Both the position numbers and the translations under genes were made by a program. DNA of 64,000 nucleotides, from the NCBI GenBank assembly GCA_037447605.1, contig CM074817.1, positions 2,418,001-2,482,000 of the forward strand, given 5' to 3'. The DNA is from Zygnema circumcarinatum SAG 698-1b. Taxonomy: Eukaryota; Plantae; Zygnematophyceae. Position 1 is the first letter of the stretch; each line of letters begins with the position of its first letter. Positions 45,701 through 58,000 of the stretch are shown here, one piece after another. The notes beneath the pieces are model-generated. The model saw only the letters and a program-made list of their open reading frames with translations, did no database searches and was not told the DNA's origin.

Positions 45701-48700
45701 CTTGCCAGCCAGAATACCTTACCGGATCAGTTTCAGTCCTCGATCGCTCAAGATATGCTCAAGATATAAATAACTTCGTATGAAGTTACACTTTTTCGCG
45801 GTATAAACGCGTGTTTCGGAATACCTTCGGAATACTTCGCGACGTGCGTAATAAGATGCTCACCGGGTCCGCTCTTGCCGTAATACCGTGATATCATCCG
45901 TGCATAAGGACAAACTTCATTCATGCCGACAACATTTCGCTCATCATGTTTTAATGTAGCCGAGTGTTGGTCAGCCCAAAAGGTGCATCTTTGTACCGAA
46001 GTGACCAATCAAGGCCCCAAATGCCGCGTTTCTGGCGGAACACGCGATCCTCGCGGATACGGATCTGATGGCGGCCTCAAGCAAGGTCGAAGCGAGGTGA
46101 ATACCTTCGCCCCTTGCAGACGGTCCAGAAGATCATCTATGCGCGGTAAAGCAAACCTGTTCTTTACCGTGATCTTATTGAGTGCTCGATAATCGATGCA
46201 CATTCTCAAAGACCCATCCTTCTTACCAACGAAGAGGATGGGAGCCCCAAAGGGACTCTGGCTGGGCTCAATCCAGCCCTTCTCACGCAGGTTAGCGAGT
46301 TGCTTTCGCGATCTCCTCGCCTCCTTCGACTAAGCCTCTATGATAGCCTCCAAGGAGTGTTTCGCTCGCTCAAGGGTGCGGGTATGCCCCACCCCTCCGG
46401 GCCGAGGCGCACTTTGGCAGATCGCCCTGAATACATCTCAACGCTTAACAACAAGGGTTGAAATACGCTGGGATTGCGGTATTGTTTCACCCGCCGTGGG
46501 TTGCCACTCCTGGTCCCCGTCATGAGCGTCCTCGGTTGCCGTCATGACTTGCACCATAAACAAGATGCTACTCGTTTTTAATGCTTTGCCCAATTGCATG
46601 GCAGAGCACAAAAACGACAAAGATGACCGCGACGAGGCTGGTCCCGAGGAGTGCCTGGTTGCAGAGTCATGCGTCTTCCTTCACTGCGGAGGACGCAATT
46701 AGGGACAACAAAATCCAACTGCTCATACGCCACCATTTGCTCCCAAGATCAAGTCCGCTCCTTGGGCTAATAACGCCACCGCGCTTGACCACCCCGAAAA
46801 GATCGGGAATTTCACCACGCCACGCTGGGTCAGAATCTGCCTGCGGCGCCCATCCCGAAAGTTACACTATCGGACCGAGGCCGATCGGCAAAACCCCGTA
46901 GCCCCCGACAAGGTCAAGGCTTAACAGTTAGCGCCTCAAGGTTCAAGAAATTCATCAAGCTGAAGTGTCCATTTCCACAACCTCGAAGGTCATGTTACTA
47001 CGAGACAAGTGAAAATGGACTGTGAAGATATCGCAGGCGTAGCGGCTAACCGCCACAATAAGGTGAGGAGACTTCCCGACAAAGGGTAGAAGCTCCAATC
47101 ACTCACCTAAGAAGGGAGAAGCCCTTCTTCCAAAGCTTTACCACTTCTCTTACCTGGGCTTTTGTGATATGCCTTCTCACCTGCCACGCCAGGGATGTGA
47201 CTTCAGAAATCGGAAAGTACATGGTTCGACCGCAGCGTTTAAAGGCATCAAATGCACATCGCACTAAGGCATCACTGCCCATGGCATTCAAGATAATGAC
47301 ATGCCATTCTTTCATCAAGACAGCATTCGGAAATGCTGTTGGAGTCACAAGCATAGCAGGTGGCAATGAATAATCAGCAGGGAATGCATCGCACACAAAC
47401 AACAGATTCCCGCTGAAAACTCCCCCAATCACTTTAAGAATGTCATCCGCCCTTGGAATACAACATTCTACACTAGTGATGGCAGCTAATGCGCTGCCCC
47501 CCCTACTGTCAAGCCCACCAGCAGAGACCCCTAAGCTGCCGGTGGGGAGCCGTTTTCCGCCGGCCCTTTCCCCTTCCTATCCTTCTTGAAAGATGGGCAG
47601 TCATAAGACCTATGCCCCACTTTCCTGCAACGGAAACACTTGTTTTCCGCTACAAGAAAGCCTCCATCTCCTCGTGGGAGCAAGTTTCGCGGCCGCGGGC
47701 CGCGAAAGCTGTGAGAGGGAAGGAAATTTCTTTGCCATTTCCCTCTCTTAGGTCGGCCGCCGCCTCGGGCGCACCGCTGCGCTGCCGTTTGACCGTGAAA
47801 CCGCACGGGCGGACGGAAGGCCCTCGCGACCATCCGTGAAAGCGCAACGTCAGCTTAATCGCAAATGCAAACATCACCATCATCCATAGTCCCTAAGGTT
47901 CCAAGGTAATGAGGATCCAGCCGGTTTTCCGAACGTGACGTGTTTAATTCATGGCCGAACTGGAAGAAGAACTTTCGGCCCGTGCGGGAACTTGGTAATT
48001 AGCCTGCCGCACGCAATTCCTCGTGTAGGGAATTAGCGCTACGCTTCAGCCTGCATGAGCGTATCGGAACCTCGCCCCGCAAAGATCACGGGTCCAGATG
48101 CTGTGCGTTTGAGAAGTTCTCACTGAATCTCAAAGTTCGCTGGCTAACGCTTTGCGCTGCATGCATGCTCTATGCCACGCCTCAAAGCGCGTGTAGCTGT
48201 GTTCACCTACTGGACGGGAGTGGGCATTGGGTAAAGACAAAGGGGTGGCCTAATGCCACCGCCTACCCAATGATCACTTTCCGGCAAGCCGCGATGCGTC
48301 ATCTCTATAAGGAGATCGGAGGGACTTCGCCGACGGGAGGGTCTCTCGCAGCCGGGCGATCTCTTACTGCCGCCCCGCCCGCCAGCAGCGACCGCCTCTC
48401 GGCGGGGATTGCTGCCTCGGGCGTCCGCCACTCTTCAGTGAACGGCCGCGCCGCCTGCCGGCGGGGAAGTAGCCGGGCGCTGGGCGGGATTCCCACCGCG
48501 GCCGAGCGCCTCATGGGATTCCACGCCGCCAGAGGCAGCTCAAGCGAGCCGAGGGTCCTTGCACACCCACGCGCCGCAGCCCTATTTCCCCCACTTCCCA
48601 TCAGACGCGAAATGCCGGTGAGGAGGGGGTTGGGGCTTACTAAAGGGCTGGAGGGGAGGGGTCTCACGTTTCCGCCGCCGCCAGCATTTTCGCCGGTGAG

Positions 48701-49199
48701 GCGCTTCTAATGCTTCGCTGGTCGGCCTCGCTGCTCGCTATCCGAAAGGCCTTCCACAAGGAAAAAAGCGCTATCTCGGCTACGGGCTCTCCGGGCCGGG
48801 CGTGAGGACTTCATCCCCATCCACGGGATGGCACCCCCCATACTCACCGGGGTGATCGTACCGCCTCACGAGGGAAGTAGGCCCCGGCCTTTCGCCGGGC
48901 GCTGGGAGGCGCGCCGCCGCTCTGCGGCCGCAAGGGACCGGCGCTGCCTTTCCGGTACGCTGGTCGCCATCTCCGTCCCCGCTAAGAAGAAGGGTCCGGG
49001 CTGAGGTGGGGCCGGGCTCCTGGGGCCCGCGGCCCATGGGGCCGCCGGTGCCGCTCGCTCGCGCCTATGTCCACGCCCTCCTCCAACTGGAGAAGGGGAG
49101 GTGAGTGGCGCGACGCCATCTGTTTCGGCCGCGCTTTCGGCATGACTGCGCGGCGCGTGCTGGCCCCCTCCCAAAAGAAGTTCCCGAGGCTCTAAACTC

Positions 49200-49212
49200 G
49201 GCTCTGATACCA
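49200..49212 (-). other. Primer-binding site complementary to the tRNA-iMet 3' end
   Basis: Minus strand ...GTGTTACA t TGGTATCAGAGCC immediately after the LTR end. Confidence 0.92.
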
Positions 49213-49213
49213 A

Positions 49214-49838
49214 TGTAACACCCTGCCCCCTGGCAGGCTGCTCTGAGATTCTAAGTGTCAGGAGAGGAAGAGAGAGAGAGAAGAGCGTGAGCTCAATGCT
49301 GGTACAGAGCTCGATGGCCTCCCATCCGGCGCGTTCTCTTGCCCCTCAACCCCCTGCACAAAGATGGAGGACCGAGCGGATCGCCCAATCGGGAGTCTGG
49401 CGGTGATCCTACCGAAGTTATCTGGCCGAGACAAGCCCGCGGTCCCGCCGTTCACGGGCTGCCGCGTCAAGGCGCCGTCAGGTAGCAAGACGGGCACCGG
49501 GACAGAGTCGATTTCGCCACCGTCCGCATAAGCATTTCCGGGACGGCATTGTCAAAGATGCCGCGATTCGCGGTCGCTGCCGCCTGGCGCGTCGACGCAG
49601 GCGCGCTACAAGGCCAGATCTTCGGGCCGCTGGACTGTGAAATGGGTGCGCGTCCGCACATTCATCGACTCCACCAAGACGATCCAAAAGAGATCCTTCA
49701 AGACGCCATTAAGGATCGAGCCCAAGACCTCTCCGCTGTCTCTGGGTACTGCCCTAACCTATCCGGCTAGCGCCGAGATGAAGGGATACATATGATTACC
49801 ATGAGTACGCCTCCGTGGTCACGCCAGAAGCATTTACA
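49214..49838 (-). mobile_element. 5' LTR of the gypsy element (~625 bp, TGTAAATG...TGTTACA)
   Basis: TG..CA ends; 49781-49838 resembles 43231-43289 (start of the 3' LTR). Confidence 0.75.
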
Positions 49839-50021
49839 CTCTCCCTCTTGCCTCCTCCACTCTTCCTCTCGCCTCCCTCACTCTCCTCAGCTCTCCCTCT
49901 CCTCCCTATCCTCTCCTCTCCCTCTCCTCTCCCTCTCCCTCTCCCTCTCCTCCCCTCTCCCTCTCCCTCTCCTCGCTCCTCTCCCTCTCTGAAATACATC
50001 AAGATCGACTTCGGGACTCAC

Positions 50022-51046
50022 AGAGTGACGAGACTTGTCATGTTCCGAACTGTGTCAAGGATGGTCCCCGATAGGTAGTTGTTGGCAACATTTCTATACA
50101 CACAAAGAAATGGATGCTTTTAGCGTTGCATGTACAACCAGGAGCCATGCCAATAGTAAATTAATCTTTCACAAGTGACCCGCAAGCCCTATTAAAATAG
50201 AAAGGAATGAGCAGGGCACCGATCAGCACAACGATAGAGCGAGGTACGAATCACCTTAATGAAGAAAGCCAGTCCACATTTCAATTGGTGATGTGCAATT
50301 AGAGAGGTGAGGACAGGAAATTGCTTCGTAAGAAACGAGAACTTTAAAAGATATAACGAAAATAGTCTTAAAGGAGAAGTAATCCTGAAGTATGAAAGTA
50401 ATCACTAACTTGACAACTTTTTAAGACCCGCCCTACAATAAGATCAGGGTCATTCCCCGGAGTGTCCTTTTTGAAACACGACAATGCCAACATTACTGTC
50501 TGTCTTGATAACATCCATAACACCAAAGCCGCCACACTTTCCCTTTCGCTTACAGGTATGTGAGGCTCGTTAGACCGCCAATTGCAGTAGGCAACTTGCC
50601 CGAGAATTGGTTGTTATTGAGTTTCCTACACAGAGCAAGTGAAACCATCATCAACAGTTCGAGCTAAAGATGCTTGAAGGCCAACAAAGGAAAAGGTTGT
50701 ACTGGCCTCATCCAGATATTTCTGCCATCGGAAGAATGGGAAATATAATGAAAAAGCTTCTTCCGACCTCAAGCTCCGTGACAAGACTGTCTCAGATCAG
50801 ACGCAATCGGCATATGAAGGAACCTTTGCAAAATTTGAGAACCTTTCATGTTACACCTAATGACTTAGCAAATGACAAATTGAGAGTTTGACTGTGAAGG
50901 ATGAGCGCACGAAGTGTTCAATTCAGTTGTCTGTTTGATGCGATGTAGTGCTGGTTCTGCACTAGCCTTACAAGGAAGTGAGGTTCCTTAATAATCCGAG
51001 TTGTGCTGGCAAGGTGCCAGTCATCAGAGAGTAGTCAGAGAAGTCC
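50022..51046 (-). pseudogene. LRR gene paralog fragment (3 LRR exons); 5' exons probably in the 314-N gap, 3' part cut off at the gypsy LTR
   Basis: Exons 51046-50972 (DFSDYSLMTGTLPAQLGLLRNLTSL), 50625-50554 (KLNNNQFSGKLPTAIGGLTSLTYL), 50093-50022 (NVANNYLSGTILDTVRNMTSLVTL). Introns match 40790-41345. Confidence 0.75.
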
Positions 51047-51514
51047 CTGCTCCCATTGACATGAGCAAGGCACCAACAAGCACAGCAATTAGAGCGAGTT
51101 ACGAATCACCTGAATGAAGAAAGCCAGTCCACATTTCAAATGGTGATGTGCAATTAGAAAGGTGAGGATAGGAAATTGCTAAGAAATAAATAAGAACTTT
51201 GACGTATATAATGAAATATGTATCGTCAAGAAGAAGTAATCCTGAAGTATGAAAATAAATATATCAGTGAAAAGGAAATCGTATAGTTTACATAAGAGAT
51301 CACTAACTGATGTAACGGACTTAACAAGGCGCCTTGTGCTCTCAAGAATGATTTCGTTCCTTTGAGTCCATGAAGGGAATTTTGAGGGCATGTAAAGGTT
51401 TGCTACGGGATTAATTTTAGTAAAAACCATGTACGGTACAACCGGATGCATCAGAATTTACAGGAATAAGTTATCTCAAGTGCTGCAAAGGCCCACAAGT
51501 CGACCTGAGGAGCC

Positions 51515-51559
<45 letters not shown>

Positions 51560-53595
51560 AGGAGTGGCGGAGTGGGTGGCTGGCCGGTCAAGACTTGCTC
51601 CATCGNNNNNNNNNNNNNNNNNNNNNNNNNNNNNNNNNNNNNNNNNNNNNNNNNNNNNNNNNNNNNNNNNNNNNNNNNNNNNNNNNNNNNNNNNNNNNNN
51701 NNNNNNNNNNNNNNNNNNNNNNNNNNNNNNNNNNNNNNNNNNNNNNNNNNNNNNNNNNNNNNNNNNNNNNNNNNNNNNNNNNNNNNNNNNNNNNNNNNNN
51801 NNNNNNNNNNNNNNNNNNNNNNNNNNNNNNNNNNNNNNNNNNNNNNNNNNNNNNNNNNNNNNNNNNNNNNNNNNNNNNNNNNNNNNNNNNNNNNNNNNNN
51901 NNNNNNNNNNNNNNNNNNNGTGGTCGCGCGAGCCAATCAGCGGACGCCACGTGGACACACTTACTCGTCCACCGTGGCCCACCGCGGTTATCGTACGTGC
52001 GTCGCCAAAGGGAAGGGTTGAGCGGAGGCGCTACCGTACGGTCGCCACCGCCGCCGCCGCTGCCGCTGCCGCCTACGGTCACCGCGCGTTGGCGGTTGTG
52101 CGCCAGCGTGGCCGCCGTACCCTCGTGGCATCTCGAACGGATCTTCAACGCCACGTGGCGGCGCACGATTGGAAAACTCAGGCGTACTTCCCCAAAACTC
52201 ACTTCAAGGGGTATGTTCTGGGGAACTATGCCTGTACCTCCACGTCGGTCCTAGTCGGCGCCACGACGGCGCCACATCATCCTCCAAAACTACGCCTGTA
52301 CCTCCACGTCGGCGAAAAAACGCTGATGGACACCCACCCTTAGTGAAGCGCCCTCCCTCCCTCCTTCCCCTCTTGACTGGCGCCGCACACCGACACACGG
52401 CAAAGGGAGGTTGGAACCAATCACGTGCTACTTTCCTCTTAAATTTGACTCGTGTGCTTTTTTCCCTACAAACGATCAAACCTTGCTTTCGGGTAACTTC
52501 CCTTCCTTCGTGCTTGTAAATTTTTTGAGGCTGTTCCCCTTATTTCATGGATGCATTGAGGGCTTCCCTCCTTATGAGGTCCACGTGTTCGTTCGGGCAG
52601 TCAGACTGGGCAGTCTATGTGGTTGCAGGAATGGCGTACACGTGGAACAAGGGCTACGGAAGAACATGCAAACTGACACTTATATTGTAGGATGTGTATA
52701 TGAAGTGCTTGCATAGCAAGTGCGTTTTGTGATTTAGAGGCTGGAAATCAAAATGAATTTACATGCTCTTGTTTTTTTTGTTTCTGCTTCTACGAACGTC
52801 CGATGAGAGCAAGAACTTCAATCGGAAACAGACCTAGAAACTACAGAAAATGAGGAAGGCGGGGACAAAGGGAAGGCAGTGGGGATAGAGCTGGCCGGAG
52901 CAGTCTGAGGCGGCCGAGATGTGAAGTTTGTATGTGAGGAAGAGGTAGCGCAACATGAGATGGTAATGTGATGATGTGTGGAGCGCAGTTTCGTTGCTTT
53001 TGGCTTTGAGTTCTGGCAGCAGTGCAGGTACGGATGGATGGGGCCCAGATTTCAATGGACTGCCTTTGACCACTTTGTGGTACAACGCAACTTGGAGGAG
53101 AATGGGTGGAGGGTGTAGTTCCATGGCGCAGTTGAGCGTACTGTGCGACGCTTTTCCCGGTTCTATCAGGGCGCAGTTTGCCGACGTGGCGCCGACCACG
53201 TGGTTGCAACGATAGCGTTCACCAATCGCTTGTCGCCACGAGGTTAGGTCAAGCTCAATCATTCAACACTTCAGATCAGCACTCAATAGACAGCACACTT
53301 ATCCCAAAAAAACTGTATTCTAAAATATACCTGGAACAAAAGGATCCTATGCTTTACTGTTAAGCCTCCGGTTTTCCAAAATTTAGAATGCTGTAACCTC
53401 ATACTGTTCCTTCCTAAAACCCAGCAGCCAAAAGCAACATGATCGAACAACATGACCCATACGATCAATGGTCCTGGGATTCATAACTCTTTGCTAACAC
53501 TTGACAAGTGTGACTAGGTCCATACAGTTCCCCACACGGTTTCCATACAATTTTTTTTTTGCATAGTGCTAAATTCACAACTTTTTTGTCTAGAC

Positions 53596-54245
53596 ACAGA
53601 CCTTTTTTCGCCGAGCAAATTTTAAACATACAAAAAAGGATTAAAAACAAAAATGCAAAAATGCTCTTTTCCCGCCTTTTTGGAATCGATACACACCTTG
53701 TTCCATTGGGCAGATTTTATTTTACAATCCGCTCGCATCAAACGATCCGTCCGCCACGAGATCGTTCGCTGGTGGCCGTCCTTCAAATGTGTGGTGAGTC
53801 GCAGCTGTCGATTCTCTCGCAGATCGCACCACGGCAGATCACCGTTCGATCTGCAGCCGCTCTCGGTCTCAGCGAATGGCACGCGCCCACGTGTCCTGCC
53901 AAAGACGGCTCTAAGTGGGTCCGTACAAACGCCGCATCGTCGCAGCTTCGAGGAAAGGCGAAATACCGTACGTTGAAACCTGGATCAATCACAATCTGCC
54001 ACGTCATACTCACTCGTCGTGCGAGTGCGCGCGTCCTCGGCCCGAGATTTCCGCAGAATTTTGAGCTGGACCGGCCAGCCAGCGCCGACTCGTCATTCTC
54101 AAAAGGCAGCCAATCACCAACTGCCACGTGTATGACGTCCGACGGCAAAAGATGTGTATCGATTCCAAAAAGATGTGAGAAGAGCATATTCTATTTTTAA
54201 TCCTTTTTGTCCATTTTAAAATCTGCCCAGCGAAAAAAGGTCTGT
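53596..54245. mobile_element. Non-autonomous DNA transposon (MITE), hAT-like, ~650 bp with ~105-bp imperfect TIRs
   Basis: Left arm acagaccttttttcgccgagcaaattttaaa...ggaatcgatacac matches the reverse complement of the right arm. Flanked by direct TCTAGAC at 53589-53595 and 54246-54252. Confidence 0.8.
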
Positions 54246-54254
54246 TCTAGACTC

Positions 54255-54950
54255 TAGTGCCAACGGGCCTTAACCGCCCGACGGAGCTGTGATCGCAATA
54301 CGATAAGATACATGAAAATATAACAATGTTTTGCGATACGATACGTTGCGTAAATCGGACAATACGATATACATCCGTACTGACCCGTATCGCTTTGCGC
54401 GCGATCTTGGTCAGTAATTACCGGAGTCGGTTAACTACTCCGCATGTTCCGCATTCTCGTGGTTTGGACTCCGCGGTTCCGCTGATGATAGTTTTGGCCA
54501 TTCGTTCCGGACATGTTGATCGCTTTGCCATTGCGCGGTGTTCGATTGCAGGGCGCGTGGTCGTGGTCCAACTTCACTCAACCAGTTGAGTGGAAACCGT
54601 CCGCTCGTGCGGAATTACATCAGAAAGGTGAACTACGTCACCAAAGTTGAATGCAGTTGAATTTAGTTGGACCATGGAATCGCAGCCTAATGTACACTCC
54701 AGCCGATTGAAATTATGAACTGTTTAATCCTCAAGGATTTCATTGTAGCTGAGACATTTAAACAAACAAGCTTCACTCAACGAGCGGGGTCTGACAACAA
54801 GTCTCAGCCCTCCAACACTCTCAATCTCAGTCCTGACTATAGAACTATATGTCTTTCTATTGGCACGATCTAATTTAAGAAACCCCACGAACTGCCCCAT
54901 GTCTCATGCCTTAGTCTGGGGAATCACCCACTTCTGAAATATCTATCTTT
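54255..54950. repeat. CGATA-rich dispersed block homologous to ~15960-16540 and ~29760-30150 (CGATA part also at ~5715-5815)
   Basis: gtactga.ccgtatcg occurs in all copies; ttaccggagt and gctttgccattgc.cggtgttc are shared with the 16 kb and 30 kb copies; aaacaagc.tcactcaac is shared with the 16 kb copy. Confidence 0.6.
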
Positions 54951-55063
54951 TTATGAAAAAGAGGTAATATGGATCGAAGAAAAACGGTATTGGTGACTCC
55001 TGCAAAGTAGATCATTCACAATATGTCTCATTCGAGGCTGACGGAGAGAAGCGGAGGTCGTAT

Positions 55064-58000
55064 ATGGAGACCGCATTGCGGCGTCCATCGCAGTCGACGC
55101 CGCGCCATTGGCAGAAGTTGGGCGTTGTGGCCACCCACGAGTCGAGCGCGCCGGAGGGGTCCGAAGTGATGCCGCTCTTGAACTGCAGGAGGGCGCTCGC
55201 TGTGGCACTCGCTGCAGGGGGAAACGGAGACGAGCTTGAGGGAGGGGAACAGTGAGAGAGATACGGCGATGGAGGAAGAGAGAGTGAACCTTCTTGCAAT
55301 CATATTCAGTTGAATGACTGATCGGTCGTAATTGCTGGTTTGCATTCGATAGTTTGGTTAACTCACAATCCAATCGATTTCAACTTCAAATTTGAGTCTG
55401 ACGCATGCTTTTAGGGGTACTATGTTCTGTTTCCCTTTTCGCCCCTTGGAGTGTTGCACGCATATGGAAATGTTGGGCCTTCACAGGCTTGCAGATGACA
55501 TGATTGCTACTGACATTCCTTACGACATTCCTCACGATATTCTCTCTGATACAGTAAACTGTGGTCCATTATCCATAAGTTTCACTTTCAGGAACAAGGT
55601 CCCACGTCCCATTAATAAATCTCAGGGAAAGACTGTAGTATAATATCCTTTAATATACTTTTTACCAATTCCAAGGTCTTAATTTTGTGAAATAGCCTAA
55701 ACTGCAGACACATATTGGGCCAGCCGAGGGAGATAGAGAGAGGCTGGAGGGCAGGAGAGAGAGGGAGGGGGAAAGAGAGGCTCGGAAAAGTAAGATGGTA
55801 AAGGGAGAGGGATAGGAGCCGTGGTTGAGGGGGAAACGGAGGCGAGGGAGATACGACGAACGAAAAGGGAGAAGGTGGAGAAAGAAGGGGGAGAACGAGA
55901 GAGGGCGAGGGAATGAAGCTGAAGTGAGTGGGACAGAGAGAGAGGAAGGGAGAGATGGAGAGGAGGGGGAAAGGGAAAGGGGGAGCAGGAGGGAGAGGGA
56001 GGAGAGAGAGAGGGAAGAGGGAAATGAGGGCAGATTAAGAAGAGATGAACGGGGAGAAAGGAAAGGAGAACGAAGGAAAGGGAGGAAGGAGGGAAAAGTA
56101 GATGCGGTGGTTAAAGGAAAGTGCATGAGGAGGCAGAGTGAGAGGACGTGGCGGCAAGGGGGAAAGGCTTTTATAATACTAAATTTGCTTCAGTGAAATG
56201 CTTGCTTGATATTGAGAGCCGACCTGCATTCACAGTCATTTCTTGCAGGCACAATCGAATTGATTTCCATTCAGAGTGTGATTCGACAGTCTCGTGTCAT
56301 CAAAATTTGGTCGTGGTTATGTTTGTCCTTATCTTCTCGTGGCACTCCTTTTGACCATTTATTGTGGGTTTTGTTGGTTATTTCAAACAAGTGAGGGCTT
56401 CTTGTACCTGGAGGAGGTGGACGAATGGGAGGAAGGGGTGGTGATGGAGGAGACTGAGCAATTGGTGGAGGAGAAAGGAGAGAAGCTGGAGGGAGAGGGA
56501 TGGGAGGTCGAGCACTTGGAAGAGGCTGACTGGGAGGAGGTCGAGGGGGAGGAGGTTGAAACAGAGGTGTACTTGATACTGCACAAGCATGAAGCGCAAG
56601 ATCAAACATTTCGCAAGAGGTCCATATACATATGGCAAGGACATGTCAACGAGTTTCCAATATGTTCGGAATTCTAATTTGTTCAGACTTAAGTGAGTCT
56701 CTTCTTCATCATGTGCCGCATAGCCTTCACTGGCCGGCGGAAGAGGTATATCTGATAGAATGAACTGTCTAGTTTTGGTCCATGGTTTCCACTTCAAGGA
56801 ACAAGATCTCATGTCCTCAAATGCATTATGTGGAGCGGGACTAACATAGAAGTTTGATTCTGAAAGGAGTTTACCTTTGGCACAGGTAAAATTACTGGAT
56901 GTTGTGGTATAGCCTGAATCGCAGATGCATGTTGGGCCAGCCGTCGAATTTGAACAAAATCCGAAGCCGCCGCATGCACCGCCGGACTGAAGGGCGTTGC
57001 AAAACGATGTGCACAAAGATACGTCCTTTTGTCCATTCCAGAGACAGGTGTCACTTGAGGACTCATCCAAACAGTTGGAAATCACATTCGGGCAGAAATC
57101 AAATCCTTGTGCGTAGAAAGTCAGTGGTTTTGTCATGAAGTTGTAACTGAAGTCAACAGAGTATATTATTTCCAAGGAAATTTATGGTTTCTGACCCCGT
57201 AAAAAGATTGTTGTTGGCGTTCCTGTAATCCCACACACGCCATTGTTAGTCACTTGTACACATGTGAAGCCAAAAGCAGAAACTAGTACGTGCTGTTTGA
57301 ACGCGAAGTTGAAGTGCCGAAATAGTAACATTTACGAAGTCCTCAAAGGTGGCGAGAAAAGCATCTTTCCATAGAGGATTCTGAAAAGCTGTAATGGTTT
57401 AGGCCTGTTTTGTATGAGGCGGTTTGTAACATAGCACAAGACTCGCCTTCACTCGTGGACTCTCTCATGCAAAAGCTGAAGCATACTGTTGAAATTATTG
57501 AATGCAGTTTCCTATTTACTCACAATCGAGCAAGGCTTCTGCTGTTCCCGATGGTAGAAGGTATGAGGCCGCCGAATTGGTTATAGGATAAGTCCCTGCA
57601 CAATAAACAGACAAGAATATTTGAGATTGTAGACCACACATGTCTGCCTTCAATGTCTTGCATGTTGAAATAAAAACATTTGTACCGCTTATATTATGTG
57701 GTTACTCAAGTTCTGAAGGATTTCTCGGATTAGAAGAACATACAAAATCACAAGCTTTGTGACGTTTGCGATGCTTGCAGGTATCTTGCCGGTGAAACTA
57801 TTATAGGAAACATCACTGCGCATAAACAGAATAAGACATTGCTCAAGCTTAGAAGCACTCAGTAACAAAGGCATGCTTTTGGCGAGCGCATAATGAACAA
57901 GGCTTTCAGAATGAACTGTATGATCCAGGAAAAGAACACATGTAGACTCCATGATGGGATGGTTCAAGCAGGACAGGTCACGGGACGCCATTAGCAAACA

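Larger units (their letters stand above)
43231..49838 (-). mobile_element. Ty3/gypsy chromovirus-type LTR retrotransposon, heavily frameshifted; 3' LTR mostly lost in the 100-N gap
   Basis: PBS TGGTATCAGAGCC. Gag knuckle CFRCRKVGHRSYDC (~47620-47665). [22 protein letters not shown] (46009-46209). RT/RNaseH FLGFANYFRKFI..CDASGFALGAVL (45162-45686). Integrase H2C2 GHMGVAKT..WWP..CPTCQ (44480-44887) and core SDRDTRF..HPQTDGQTER (43860-44480). Chromodomain EYEVETI..EYLVK (43565-43768). Confidence 0.95.

Noticed and set aside
49200-49212. tRNA-Met gene
   Set aside because: Only the 13-nt 3' match is present, next to an LTR; it is a PBS
52976-53215. Small secreted peptide ORF (MWSAVSLLLALSSG...)
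   Set aside because: Starts at GTG with an in-frame stop just upstream and no ATG; no homology recognised
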